NCBI GenBank assembly: GCA_043747615.1
Contig: JAYTOU010000080.1
Coordinates: 8,913 to 72,912, forward strand
Direction of reading: 5' to 3'
Length of the DNA stretch: 64,000 bases
Source: Myxococcales bacterium
GTDB lineage: Bacteria > Myxococcota_A > Polyangia > Polyangiales > Polyangiaceae
Position numbers and translations under genes: made by a program. Under the pieces are notes generated by a model. That model saw only the letters and a list, made by a program, of their open reading frames with translations. It was not told the origin of the DNA and ran no database searches. Below, piece by piece: positions 18,586 to 28,669 of the stretch. Every line of letters starts with the position of its first letter. Within the stretch, counting starts at the first letter, position 1.

Positions 18586-19401
18586 ATGAGCGCAAAGAAA
18601 AAGAAGAAAGAAAAATCCAAATCGTCGGACCTCTCCAACTCCGTCTACGAACGCGAGATCGCAAAATTGCAGATCGAGCTCGTGAAGCTCCAGTACTGGG
18701 CGCGACATTCAGGCCTGCGCGTGGTCATGCTGTTCGAGGGGCGCGACGCCGCCGGCAAGGGCGGAACGATCAAGCGCATCACCGAGACGCTGAACCCGCG
18801 CTCGTGCCGCGTCGTCGCCCTGGCGACCCCGTCTGATCGCGAGAAGACGCAGTGGTATTTCCAGCGCTACGTGGCTCACCTCCCCGCCGCGGGAGAGATC
18901 GTGCTCTTCGATCGCAGCTGGTACAACCGCGCCGGCGTCGAGCGCGTCATGGGATTCTGCACGGACGAAGAGTACGCAGAGTTCTTGCGCGCGTGCCCCG
19001 AGTTCGAGCGCATGCTGGTCCGCTCCGGAATTCTGGTGCTCAAGTACTGGTTCTCGGTGAGCGACGACGAGCAGGAGAGGCGCTTCCAGAGCCGGCTCGA
19101 AGATCCCGTCAAACGATGGAAATTGAGCCCGATGGACATCGAGTCCCGAAGCAAATGGGTGGAGTACTCGAAGGCCAAGGACGAGATGATCGCTCACACC
19201 AACATTCCCGAAGCGCCGTGGTTCACGGTCGAAGCAGACGTCAAGAAGCGGGCACGGCTGAACACGATCGCTCACATCTTGAGCAAGATTCCGTACAAGG
19301 ACACGACCCCCGAGCCCTTGGAGCTGCCGCCGCGCGCCCCCGTCGGCGACTACGTTCGTCCACCGATGGCCGAGCAGTTCTACGTTCCCCAAGTCTACTG
19401 A
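18586..19401 (+). CDS. ppk2: Polyphosphate kinase 2 (single domain)
   Basis: FEGRDAAGKGG, WYFQRY, FDRSWYNRAGVERVMGF, WKLSPMD. Confidence 0.95.
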   Translation: MSAKKKKKEKSKSSDLSNSVYEREIAKLQIELVKLQYWARHSGLRVVMLFEGRDAAGKGGTIKRITETLNPRSCRVVALATPSDREKTQWYFQRYVAHLPAAGEIVLFDRSWYNRAGVERVMGFCTDEEYAEFLRACPEFERMLVRSGILVLKYWFSVSDDEQERRFQSRLEDPVKRWKLSPMDIESRSKWVEYSKAKDEMIAHTNIPEAPWFTVEADVKKRARLNTIAHILSKIPYKDTTPEPLELPPRAPVGDYVRPPMAEQFYVPQVY

Positions 19402-19522
19402 AGCGAGGCTTTGGCGGCGGCGCGGCAATCGTCGAGTGACGCCAAGGAGAGCGACAGCCACAGCGCGGTGAAGGCGTCAGCCGAGGTCGCAGAGAGCTGA
19501 ACGGTCGCTAAACCTGCCGTGA

Positions 19523-19972
19523 TCATTTCTCGAGGAGCATCTTCAGGGTCTTCTTCACGCGGCGCGCGCGGGTCTCCGGCTTCTTGGCGCCGGTGATCGC
19601 CTCGGCGTGCTCTCTCTGGCGGCTGTAGCTGAGCTTTTTCCAGGCAGCTTGAGCGGGCCCGCTCTTTGCGAATGCTCTAGCCAGCTCGGCAGGCATGAGG
19701 ACGACCCGCGGCTCGTCGTCGAGCTCGATGGTCACGTCGACGACGTCTCCGATCTCGACGCCGGCCGCGTCACGATTCGACTTCCGAATAGGGAGGTACG
19801 AGCGATCGTTGTAAACTGCAATCGTCGATCGGTACTGGTGGCGGTTGACCGTAACCTTGACGGGCGGGCACGCCTTACCGAAGACGACCTTCGCGTCGAA
19901 CGGCACCTCGATGAAGAGGCTGCCTTCATCGCTCCCGAGCTTTGCCTTGAACCGCTTGATCGACCGCTTCAC
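19523..19972 (-). CDS. DUF1905 + YdeI/OmpD-associated domain protein
   Basis: PVKVTVN..YRSTI, LSYSRQREH..I..AKKPETRARR. Confidence 0.85.
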   Translation of the reverse strand: MKRSIKRFKAKLGSDEGSLFIEVPFDAKVVFGKACPPVKVTVNRHQYRSTIAVYNDRSYLPIRKSNRDAAGVEIGDVVDVTIELDDEPRVVLMPAELARAFAKSGPAQAAWKKLSYSRQREHAEAITGAKKPETRARRVKKTLKMLLEK

Positions 19973-20334
19973 GGCGCCGATGGATCCTGCCCGACCCCCG
20001 GAACGGTGACCTTCCCGTCCTTGCCGACGACCACGGACCTCCCGGTCGAGTCGGTGAACTTGGTGCCCGCTGCACCGGTGACGGCGCTCGCTCCCTTGTC
20101 GTCGATGGCGGCGCTGTTTCTTTTGTTGTCGGTAACGACCTTGTTGCCCTTGCCGTCGGTAGTGATGTTGACCTTCCCGCTCGGCATCGCAATCCTGACT
20201 GCGGGCGTGGCCTTCAGCGCTCCCGTCTTGTCGGCCGCTGCGGCGGCACCTGTCGGCGGAGTGGTGACCGCGATCTCCGTGGGAGGCGCCGTGGCCGCGA
20301 CGGGATCGGAGCTGTCAGACGCGAACGCGGGCAA
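19969..20334 (-). CDS. Hypothetical protein, possibly N-terminally truncated
   Basis: Protein-like low-complexity ORF; its TGA overlaps the next GTG start; no signal peptide, start uncertain. Confidence 0.45.
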   Translation of the reverse strand: MPAFASDSSDPVAATAPPTEIAVTTPPTGAAAAADKTGALKATPAVRIAMPSGKVNITTDGKGNKVVTDNKRNSAAIDDKGASAVTGAAGTKFTDSTGRSVVVGKDGKVTVPGVGQDPSAP

Positions 20335-21037
20335 TGACGTGACCCACGAAGAACGGCCCCATCTGGATGATGAACTCCGCCGTCTGGCGTGTCTTGCGCA
20401 TGGCCTGCACCAGGTGCGAGATCGGATGAAGGTCGTGGGCTACGATGCCGATCACGAACTCGTTGTCTTTCGCGTCGAGCCCATGGCACGCAAGGCGGAT
20501 GTCGCTCGCGAGGCCTTGGGCGCCGTACGCCATGCCGATCGCCGCGTGCTCGCGCATCATGTGACTCTGATCGATCGGCTCGACCTTCATGAACTCGCCC
20601 GACCGCCGGAGCGGGTACCAGACGTGCCACGGGAGCTCTTCGTTCGAGACGTTCTGAATGGCGCGATCGAGAAGCGAGAACGCGAGTTCGGGCTCGTGAC
20701 CGGTGGAATACGTGCGACCGAACATGGCGAAGTCGTCACGAAACCGGGCGTCAGGGAGCTTGGCGAGCACCGGTCGCACGTGAGTCACGAAGTGCGCAGG
20801 ATCCTCGCTCCATGTGAGGACGCCGTAGCCGCGGGGGCTCGACGTGTCGGCGTAGACGACGGCCGGGACCTTTGCGCTCGCGAGGTTTGCTGCGATATGC
20901 CCGCCGTCGTGCGGGTACTCGAACACGAGCAGCTGCATGAAGAGGCGCCGATTGAGCGACTGTCGGATGCCATCCTTCTTGCCGCCGTATTCGTTTACGT
21001 CGATCGTCGGTAGGCCCGGCTGCTTCTCTTCCGTCAT
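20315..21037 (-). CDS. Chlorite dismutase / coproheme decarboxylase (ChdC/HemQ) family protein
   Basis: YPLRRSGEF, MMREHAAIG, HGLD..DNEFVIG, LVQAMR, GPFFVG. Confidence 0.8.
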   Translation of the reverse strand: MTEEKQPGLPTIDVNEYGGKKDGIRQSLNRRLFMQLLVFEYPHDGGHIAANLASAKVPAVVYADTSSPRGYGVLTWSEDPAHFVTHVRPVLAKLPDARFRDDFAMFGRTYSTGHEPELAFSLLDRAIQNVSNEELPWHVWYPLRRSGEFMKVEPIDQSHMMREHAAIGMAYGAQGLASDIRLACHGLDAKDNEFVIGIVAHDLHPISHLVQAMRKTRQTAEFIIQMGPFFVGHVIARVRV

Positions 21038-21068
21038 GGCGAAAGCATAGCGCTTCTCGTCGGCTTTT

Positions 21069-23255
21069 TTAGGGGATTGCGTTGCCAGAGACGGGGAAGA
21101 GAATCGGGAAGGCCGGGCCGCAGTTCACCGCCGTCGAAGCCAGACTGACGTTCGTCGACTTAGGCCCCGTGGGCACCAAAGGGTGAAAATTCAGAAAGGT
21201 CGCGAACGCGCTTCCTCCGTTGAGCGTCGCATTGTTCTGATCGAGCTGGAACTGGCCGTCGGTGGAGAACAGCGTGATGGAAGCGGGGATGTTCCCGCTG
21301 TTGACTACTTGAAATGCGCCCGCCGGATCGGCTGTGGTGGTGCCGAGCTTCACGTCTCCGAAATTAATGGAGACGGGATTGAAGGCGAGGATGACGCCTT
21401 GCGCCGTCTCGTGAAGGGAAATGACGTGGTCGCTGTCGCCCGGTGCGGTGGTGTGAATCGTCAGCGTGTCGCCGTAGAGATCCGGGGTCACCGCCGACGG
21501 CTGGGGGACTGCGGCGGGCGACACCAGTAGCGTGAACGATGTGCTGGCTTTCACCGTCCCGAAAGCCTTGTTCAGGCCGTACGGCGAGGCGGCGCCTTTG
21601 CCCAGCGTAGCCGTCCAGTCGAAGCTCGCGCTGCCCGAAGGGGCAGTATTCTGGATCGTGATCATCTTGTTGCTGGCCGTCGTGCCGCAGCTCACCAGCC
21701 CGAAATCCAAGTTGCTCGGTGTGACGCTGACGAAGTTGACCGTGCCCGTTCCAGTCAGCGCGATGCTCGGCGGAAGAGCGTCGCACAGCACCGTGCCCGC
21801 CGGCACTGTCATCGTTGCAGTGCCTGTATAGGGGCTCTGCGTGGTCGGGGAGAACGACACGGTGGTCGTCGAGGTCCCGCCGGCTCCGCCGACGATCTGC
21901 CCCTGCGGCGTTACGCCGAAGGCGGCGCTCGTATCCGTGAAGGAAACGGTTGCCGATGCATTTCCGTGATTTTTTACGGTGAACGGTGAGGTAGCCGTGT
22001 TCCCAGTCGGCACGCCGCCAAACGCGATGCCCGTCGTCGATGACGTGAGGATCGCTCCGTGCGCCGTCTCGAGGAGAGTGATCGGGTGCGGACCGTCGGG
22101 CGCGGTGATCGTCAGCGTGTCGCCAAAAAAATCAGCTGCCACGGAAGACGGGTTAAGAACCGCATTCGGTGTGACGACGACGGCGAAGCTGGTGGCAGGA
22201 CCTGCGGGGGTGATCGAGAACGTGTACGGCGAAGCGGCGCCTTTCGTGAGGGCAGCCGAGATGCTGAAAGCCGCGCCGGTCGTAGAGACGGTGACCTGCT
22301 TCGCCGCGGCGGCTGGGCCTCCGCAGTCGACGAGTCCGAAATCGAGCGACCCTGGCTGAATGCTGAAGGCGCTGCTCGTGCCTTGCCCGGTCATGCGAAT
22401 GTTGGTCGGGTTGATGCCGCACATCGGTGCGCCGCTCGCCATGATGGCTACGTTGGCCGAGCTTGCTGTCGTTCCCGTCGGGCGGAATTGGCCCACGAGG
22501 CCAGACACCGTGGCGTCCGGCGCGAGGAGCGCCCCCGCGTCCGTCAAGAGGGCGAACTGTGGATCCGACGGAGTGCCGAAGCCGAGGGCGACGGAGAGAT
22601 TCCCGGTGTTCCTGAGCACGATGGGAATGTCGCTCGCTTGATTGGCAAGCGGCACTTGGCCGAAGGCGACCGTGAGCGGATCGAGCGTAAGCGCGGCCCC
22701 GGCGGCCGTTTCCTTGAGTAAGAAGTCCGTGGTCGGGTGAGCGGGATCGTTGGTGACAACCGTAAGCGTGCCCTGTTCGGTCGCACCGGGTGAGGCATAG
22801 GACGGAAGCCCCTGCGCCGAGAGCGCGATCGTGACGAAGGAGTGAGCACTGACGGTGCCGGCCGTCGATCCAACGATCGCGAAAACGGACGTCGCCGCGA
22901 GCGACGCGCTCCACGTCAGCGGCGCGCCACCCGTGTTGGTGAGGGTGAGCGCGCGATTCGGCGGGCCGCCGGCGCCGCAGCTCGCCAATCCGAAATCGAT
23001 CGCGCTCGCTGAGAACACGACGAATTGCGGTCCGGCGTCGATAGAAGGAGCGGTAGCGTCGCCCGCGTTCGCGTCCGTTCCGCCGTCGTCTGCGCCGAAG
23101 CCGTCCGCGCCGAAGCCGTCTGGAAACGCGCCGTCGCTGGTGCCAGCGTCCTCGGGTCGCAGCATGCGATCGCTGATCCCGATGACCTGGCTGCAAGCCG
23201 CCCCACCGCTGAGCGCACAGAAAAGTACCAACCCTCGTCCGCTGATGCGCATCAC
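21069..23255 (-). CDS. Surface lipoprotein with tandem Ig-like (ASH / choice-of-anchor D-like) domains (cassette B)
   Basis: GAAC lipobox; three repeats of DFGL..CG ... ETA.G..L ... FG.V ... C. Confidence 0.8.
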   Translation of the reverse strand: MMRISGRGLVLFCALSGGAACSQVIGISDRMLRPEDAGTSDGAFPDGFGADGFGADDGGTDANAGDATAPSIDAGPQFVVFSASAIDFGLASCGAGGPPNRALTLTNTGGAPLTWSASLAATSVFAIVGSTAGTVSAHSFVTIALSAQGLPSYASPGATEQGTLTVVTNDPAHPTTDFLLKETAAGAALTLDPLTVAFGQVPLANQASDIPIVLRNTGNLSVALGFGTPSDPQFALLTDAGALLAPDATVSGLVGQFRPTGTTASSANVAIMASGAPMCGINPTNIRMTGQGTSSAFSIQPGSLDFGLVDCGGPAAAAKQVTVSTTGAAFSISAALTKGAASPYTFSITPAGPATSFAVVVTPNAVLNPSSVAADFFGDTLTITAPDGPHPITLLETAHGAILTSSTTGIAFGGVPTGNTATSPFTVKNHGNASATVSFTDTSAAFGVTPQGQIVGGAGGTSTTTVSFSPTTQSPYTGTATMTVPAGTVLCDALPPSIALTGTGTVNFVSVTPSNLDFGLVSCGTTASNKMITIQNTAPSGSASFDWTATLGKGAASPYGLNKAFGTVKASTSFTLLVSPAAVPQPSAVTPDLYGDTLTIHTTAPGDSDHVISLHETAQGVILAFNPVSINFGDVKLGTTTADPAGAFQVVNSGNIPASITLFSTDGQFQLDQNNATLNGGSAFATFLNFHPLVPTGPKSTNVSLASTAVNCGPAFPILFPVSGNAIP

Positions 23256-24265
23256 CAGGTACCTCCAAAGACGATTCCGTTTCGCGATCCCACGGACGGC
23301 GACATCCGAAGTGATGCTGCGGCGCTGGTCGATTTGTTCGATGGGGCCGTTAGATAGAGCACCACGCCCGTTGCGAGCGCGGCGCCGCCGACTCCAAAGC
23401 CAATCGTCGAGATAGCTGCGCTGCTGCGGGCGCTGGTGGTGAGCGATAGGCCCCGCGCGTCGCAGAGTGTGCCGTCGCAGTGCGTGAGGGCTTCGTCATT
23501 TTTCGAGATCGCGATGAGCCCAGCGACAGAGCCTACGGCAACTCCCGCGAGCCCCACACCCCCGAGGGCGAGACCGATCATTCGCTGACTGTTTCCTATT
23601 TTTCTCTCCGGTGGAGGCGTAGGGCTTGGTTCGGGATGCGGCGGTGTCGCGATCGGCGGCATGGCCACGGGCGGTGCGGGCGCCTGCTCGAGCGCGGGGA
23701 TCGTGACGAGCGCGCGGGCCGCCGTCGCTCCGACGTCCACCGAGGTGGACCACTTGTTCCTGAGCGGGGCAGACACGTCGATGGTGTGAACGCCCGGATC
23801 GACGGGGATCGCCGAGCCCCACACCGCACGACCGACCACGAGCCCGTCACGCCGAACTTCAAGGCCATCGACATCGCTCGCGGGCGGGATCGTGATCGTC
23901 AACTTCGACAGCTGCGGTTCGAGGTTCGCAGCGTGCTCGCGCGCATAGCGCTCGCGATCCGTTTGGCCTCCCGCGCGCGCTGCGGAAACGGCCTCTCTGA
24001 ACGCCGCCCACGCGCTGGCGGTCTGGTGATTTTTCTCGAAACAAATTCCGAGATTGAGCAGCGTGCCCACCGCGGGCGCGAGACGCTGACTCTCGCCGAG
24101 CTTGGGGCAGGCCTCGGCAAGCTTCCCCTGATCCATCAGCTGACGACCTTCGGTGAAGAGCACCTCGGCAGATGCTTGCGCGGACATGTCTTGCGCACGC
24201 GCGGAGCTCGAGACGAGGAGCGCCATCGTGGCGCTCGCGAGTGCGAAGGCGACCTTCGAGGTCAT
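23252..24265 (-). CDS. TPR + PEGA-like domain envelope protein (cassette B)
   Basis: Signal peptide, AEVLFTEGRQLM..ACPKL TPR, RDG..PVDPGVHTI, Gly-rich hairpin, C-terminal IVFGGTW. Confidence 0.8.
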   Translation of the reverse strand: MTSKVAFALASATMALLVSSSARAQDMSAQASAEVLFTEGRQLMDQGKLAEACPKLGESQRLAPAVGTLLNLGICFEKNHQTASAWAAFREAVSAARAGGQTDRERYAREHAANLEPQLSKLTITIPPASDVDGLEVRRDGLVVGRAVWGSAIPVDPGVHTIDVSAPLRNKWSTSVDVGATAARALVTIPALEQAPAPPVAMPPIATPPHPEPSPTPPPERKIGNSQRMIGLALGGVGLAGVAVGSVAGLIAISKNDEALTHCDGTLCDARGLSLTTSARSSAAISTIGFGVGGAALATGVVLYLTAPSNKSTSAAASLRMSPSVGSRNGIVFGGTW

Positions 24266-24318
24266 CGTGTACTCCCTGGGATTTTCGAGGCCAAGATTAA
24301 GAGCGACTAGGTTTGATC

Positions 24319-25698
24319 CTAACGTGTTTCGAGCAGACGTCGATCATCCTGCTGCGCGCCGACATCCTTTTTCGGCGGTGTCTTCACATGTGGTTGCGGA
24401 GGCGACCCGCCGCTGCCGACCCGAGGCTTCACGACCCCCGCGTCAGGTGAGGAGGCTAGAGCCGTTGGCGGCGTCGAGGCTGCTGCGACCGCGCTGGGGA
24501 CCTCGGCACGGGGCACCACGGGCAGGACGGTCGCTACCGAAACAACGCTTTCGGGAATCGCGCGAGCGACCGCGTCCGATTCCTTGCCCGCGCGGTACTT
24601 GACCGCGAGGACGCCACCCGCCGCGACGGCGAAGATCGCGATCAGCCCGAGAAAGAAGGCCTTCCCCGCGCCTTTCCGCGTCGCAATCTCGCCTTGTGTC
24701 GATAGACTCTCGCGCGGCACGCCGACGACAGAGGTTGGCTGCCAGGCCAGCGCGGGGGTTGGTGGCGGCATGACCGAGCGCTGCATCCGGCCGATCCGGG
24801 CGATTGATTGCGGCCCGTCGTCTCCGACGAAAGCCGAGAGTGCAGCCGCGAGCTTCGACACCTTGGAGAAGCGCTTCTCAGGGTCCTTCTCGAGACACTG
24901 AGAGATCACCGCGGCGAGCGCCGGCGGGACATCCGGGCGATGCTCGGTGATCGGCTTGGGGGCATCGCGAGCCACCATTGCGATGAGCTCGGACATGGCC
25001 TCGGCATCGAACGGAAGCTTGTTCGACAGCAGCTCGTAGATGACTACGCCGAGGGCTCAGATATCGGAGCGCGCATCCACGGCGCTCGTCGAGGTCCACT
25101 GCTCCGGCGACATGTACGCGGGTGTGCCCATCACCATCGTACCCGTGAGGGCCCGCTGACTGCGGCCCGACACAGCGGGCGCTGTGGTCTTGAGCAGGCC
25201 GAAATCGAGTACTTTCACGAGCGGTCGGTGATCGGCACCCGTCGTCAAGAACAGGTTCTCCGGTTTGAGATCACGATGCACGATCCCCGCGGCGTGCGCC
25301 TCCGCGAGCGCTTCGCACGCTTGAAGAATGAAGTCGACGGCCTCGACGATCGGCAGCTGCCCCCGCTCCTGCATCAAGGTCGCGAAATCGCACCCTTCGA
25401 GGAGCTCCATCACCATGTACGGAGCGCCATCCTCGAGCTTGCCGACGTCGAGCACCTTCACGGCATGCTCGCTCTTCATGCGAACCACCGCGCGTGCCTC
25501 GCGCAGAAAGCGTTCGACCGCGTCTTCGTTTTGCAGCGCGGACTTGCGCAGGAACTTCAGCGCGACCTTCTGATCCAGCTCGACGTGCGTTGCCGCGACG
25601 ACGATCCCCACGCCGCCAACTCCGAGGACGCGCTCCACGCGGTACTTTCCCGCAAGAACATCCCCTTCTTTAACCGGCGATTGCTCGTCCTCAACCAC
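24319..25698 (-). pseudogene. Membrane-anchored Ser/Thr kinase interrupted by an in-frame TGA (cassette B)
   Basis: GVGGVG, ALK, HRDLKPEN, DFG, GTPAYMSPE, then SDI*ALG (TGA 25057-25059 at the conserved Trp); same frame continues through a TM helix and Pro-rich tail. Confidence 0.88.
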
Positions 25699-25803
25699 GC
25701 GAGCGGAAGGCTACCACACGTCGAGGAAGGGGTTCGCGCGCGAGATTCTTGAGTGCCATCGAGTCGTCCATCGTCCGCGTCGGAGCCGCGCTGAGCTTTT
25801 GAC

Positions 25804-26439
25804 CTACGGACAACTGAACTGGTCGGAGCCATTACCGGTACTGCATGAGCTTCCGCCCTTGCAGTTGACTCCATTGGTCGCGGGCTCGCCGCACGACAGG
25901 CACTGATTCCCGACGCAGGTTTGGTAGCGACCGGCGCAGAGGTTCTGATCACCTCCCGCACAGGTGCAGCGTGGGACGACGGCGGCGCAAGGTGCGGCTC
26001 CCGTCGGCTCGCACGAAGACGTGACTGGTTTGTTAGCACCATCGCACGAGAAGCACTGGATCGGCGCGCCCGCGCATTGGTTGTTGTGGCAGTCGTTGAC
26101 GCAGGTGTTCGACGCCGGGCAGCGAGTGTTCTTGCCGGGGCACTGCATGCAATCGTTAACGAGCGCGGGACCGCCGGGGCACAGGATGCTCGCCGCATCG
26201 GGCGCGAGCGCCGTGTCGGGTGGTCCCGCATCGACGCCGGTTTCACTTGTGGCGTCGGATCCAGCGCCGTCCAGGGGGGCAGCATCGGTCGTGACATCGG
26301 CAGCCGCGTCGACATTGGGCGCGCTATCCATCGACGCGTCGGCAACCCCTCCACCGAAGTTCCCACCGCTTTCAAGTCCGCACGCCAGCGAAGACGCAAC
26401 GACGAGCCCCACGCAAAGAACACCAAGCTTTTGGCGCAT
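25804..26439 (-). CDS. Cys-rich lipoprotein
   Basis: MRQKLG..SLAC lipobox, DA-rich linker, Cys-dense C-terminal half. Confidence 0.7.
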   Translation of the reverse strand: MRQKLGVLCVGLVVASSLACGLESGGNFGGGVADASMDSAPNVDAAADVTTDAAPLDGAGSDATSETGVDAGPPDTALAPDAASILCPGGPALVNDCMQCPGKNTRCPASNTCVNDCHNNQCAGAPIQCFSCDGANKPVTSSCEPTGAAPCAAVVPRCTCAGGDQNLCAGRYQTCVGNQCLSCGEPATNGVNCKGGSSCSTGNGSDQFSCP

Positions 26440-26523
26440 GCTATTCAGCGTAGCTGATCCTATGCCGCGCGGCTGCTCTCGCGGAGCTGCGTCCTGACTA
26501 AAATCTTGAGCTAAGCTCGAACC

Positions 26524-27540
26524 ATGAGCAACGTCGTCCTCAGCACAAAGCCCCTTGGATTCGTCTGGGAAACGGAAGATCCGTTTCTCTTCTGCGTGCA
26601 CCACGACGACGCGTATCCCGCCGGGAACGAAAAGCTCGGTCCGTCGGCGTCTCTGGCTGGAAGGAAACTCGGCGAGGACTTCGAGGGGAAAGACGGCTGG
26701 CGCATGTACCACGGCGAGGTCGTACCGGGCTTCCCGCAGCATCCGCACCGCGGGTTCGAGACGGTGACCATCGTTCGCCTCGGTTACATCGATCACTCCG
26801 ACTCCCTCGGCGCCACCGCGCGCTTCGGTCACGGCGACACGCAGTGGATGACCGCGGGAAAGGGCATTGTGCACTCGGAGATGTTCCCGCTCGTCGACGG
26901 CGAGAAATCAAACCCGCTCGAGCTCTTTCAGATCTGGCTGAACTTACCGAGCAAGAGCAAGCTCGTGGCGCCGCACTTCGCGATGCTGTGGAGCCACACC
27001 ACGCCAACGCACACCGCGCGGGATGCAGCGGGCCGATCGACCGACGTCACCGTCATCGCCGGAAAGCTCGGAGACGCCGTCGCGCCGCCGCCGCCGCCGA
27101 GCTCGTGGGCCGCAAGTGGAGAGAACCACGTCGCGATCTGGACGATCAAGATGGCGCCCGGTGCGGAGTGGGTGCTTCCCGCCGCGCCTCCGGGAGTGAA
27201 CCGAACTCTCTATTTTTTCCGCGGAACAGGGCTCAGCGTCGCAGGGCGCTCTTTCACGTCGCACGCGGCCATCAAGGTGAAGAGCGACGCCGATGTGCCG
27301 CTCGTGAACGGTCCGGACGAGACGGAGCTCCTGGTTCTACAGGGTCGGCCGATCGGAGAGCCCGTTGCCGCGCACGGACCGTTCGTGATGAACACCCGTG
27401 CCGAGCTCGAGCAGGCGTTCGCCGACTACCAGCGCACGAGATTCGGAACCTGGCCCTGGCCGAGCGAAGCCCCGGTTCACGACAAGACCGCTGGGCGTTT
27501 CGCGAAGCACGCCGATGGACGCGTCGAACGCATCGGGTAG
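26524..27540 (+). CDS. Pirin family protein
   Basis: GFPQHPHRGFETVT, QWMTAGKGIVHSEM, FQIWLNLP, GPFVMN. Confidence 0.93.
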   Translation: MSNVVLSTKPLGFVWETEDPFLFCVHHDDAYPAGNEKLGPSASLAGRKLGEDFEGKDGWRMYHGEVVPGFPQHPHRGFETVTIVRLGYIDHSDSLGATARFGHGDTQWMTAGKGIVHSEMFPLVDGEKSNPLELFQIWLNLPSKSKLVAPHFAMLWSHTTPTHTARDAAGRSTDVTVIAGKLGDAVAPPPPPSSWAASGENHVAIWTIKMAPGAEWVLPAAPPGVNRTLYFFRGTGLSVAGRSFTSHAAIKVKSDADVPLVNGPDETELLVLQGRPIGEPVAAHGPFVMNTRAELEQAFADYQRTRFGTWPWPSEAPVHDKTAGRFAKHADGRVERIG

Positions 27541-27702
27541 GCGCGTCGATCACGACCAAGGTGTAGTTCTGCGCGTTGATCGGCGGAAGGTGCCGACGAC
27601 GGCCTTGGCGCCGTTCATGTTGTTCTGCATCGGCGCGACCTAGCTCGCATGGGGCGGACGAAGTTTCCTTCGCGCGGAAAACGCGGATGTTAAGCTCCTT
27701 GA

Positions 27703-28650
27703 ATGAACGGCCACTCCAGACACACCATCGACTGCGAAGACGCCTTGCCGCAGTTCACCGCGGCGTACCTTCGGGTGGCCGGGGACGAGTGCGCCTTCAT
27801 CGAGACGTACACGTCGCATGCGCTTCCGAAGCTCCTCGGGGCTCTCGCCTCGGCGGGCAAAAAGCCGGAGGACGTCCGCTGGGTGGTGATCACGCACGCG
27901 CATCTCGATCACGCGGCGGGCGCCAGCGCTCTCATGCGCGCTTGTCCGCGGGCCACGCTCCTCGCCCACCCCCGAGCGGCCCGTCACATGATCGACCCCG
28001 CGAAGCTCGTCGCGAGCGCGACCGCGGTCTACGGCGCGAAGCGTTTTGCAGAGTTCTACGGCACCATCGATCCCATCCCCGCGGATCGCGTGCGCGCGCT
28101 CGAGGACGGCGCCACGTTTGCTCTCGGTGACGCCACGCTCAGCGTCCTCCACACGGCCGGACACGCAAACCACCACTTCGTCGTTCACGATCCTGCGCTC
28201 GAAACGGTGTACACGGGCGACACCTTTGGCCTCGTTTACCCATCGCTTCAGGCCAGGGGTCGATTCGCGTTGCCCTCGACGAGCCCCACGAATTTCGATC
28301 CCGCAGAAGCCCGAAAGAGCCTCGATCGGGTGCTCGCCCTCGGAGCAAGCGCGGCCTGCCTCACCCACTTTGGCGAAGTACGCGATCTCGAGGAAGTGGC
28401 TTCGCAGCTGCGGGTCTGGATCGATCGCGCCGAGCAGTGGCTCGACGAAGCGACGCGGGGCGACGAGAGCGTCGAGGCCATCACCAGCCGCCTCACGCGC
28501 GCGTGGCAAGACGCCGTGCAAGAGACGAGCGACGCACGCGGGCTCGGGTTCGGTGAAGCCGCCTACCGTCACTTGGCGATGGATATCGAGCTCAACGCGT
28601 TGGGAATCGCAGGCGTCGCCGTCGCCCGCAGAAAAAAATCATCGACGTGA
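27703..28650 (+). CDS. MBL-fold metallo-hydrolase
   Basis: THAHLDHAAG, GHANHH, TGDTFG, THFG. Confidence 0.9.
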   Translation: MNGHSRHTIDCEDALPQFTAAYLRVAGDECAFIETYTSHALPKLLGALASAGKKPEDVRWVVITHAHLDHAAGASALMRACPRATLLAHPRAARHMIDPAKLVASATAVYGAKRFAEFYGTIDPIPADRVRALEDGATFALGDATLSVLHTAGHANHHFVVHDPALETVYTGDTFGLVYPSLQARGRFALPSTSPTNFDPAEARKSLDRVLALGASAACLTHFGEVRDLEEVASQLRVWIDRAEQWLDEATRGDESVEAITSRLTRAWQDAVQETSDARGLGFGEAAYRHLAMDIELNALGIAGVAVARRKKSST

Positions 28651-28669
28651 GCCGAACACACGCGATTCG

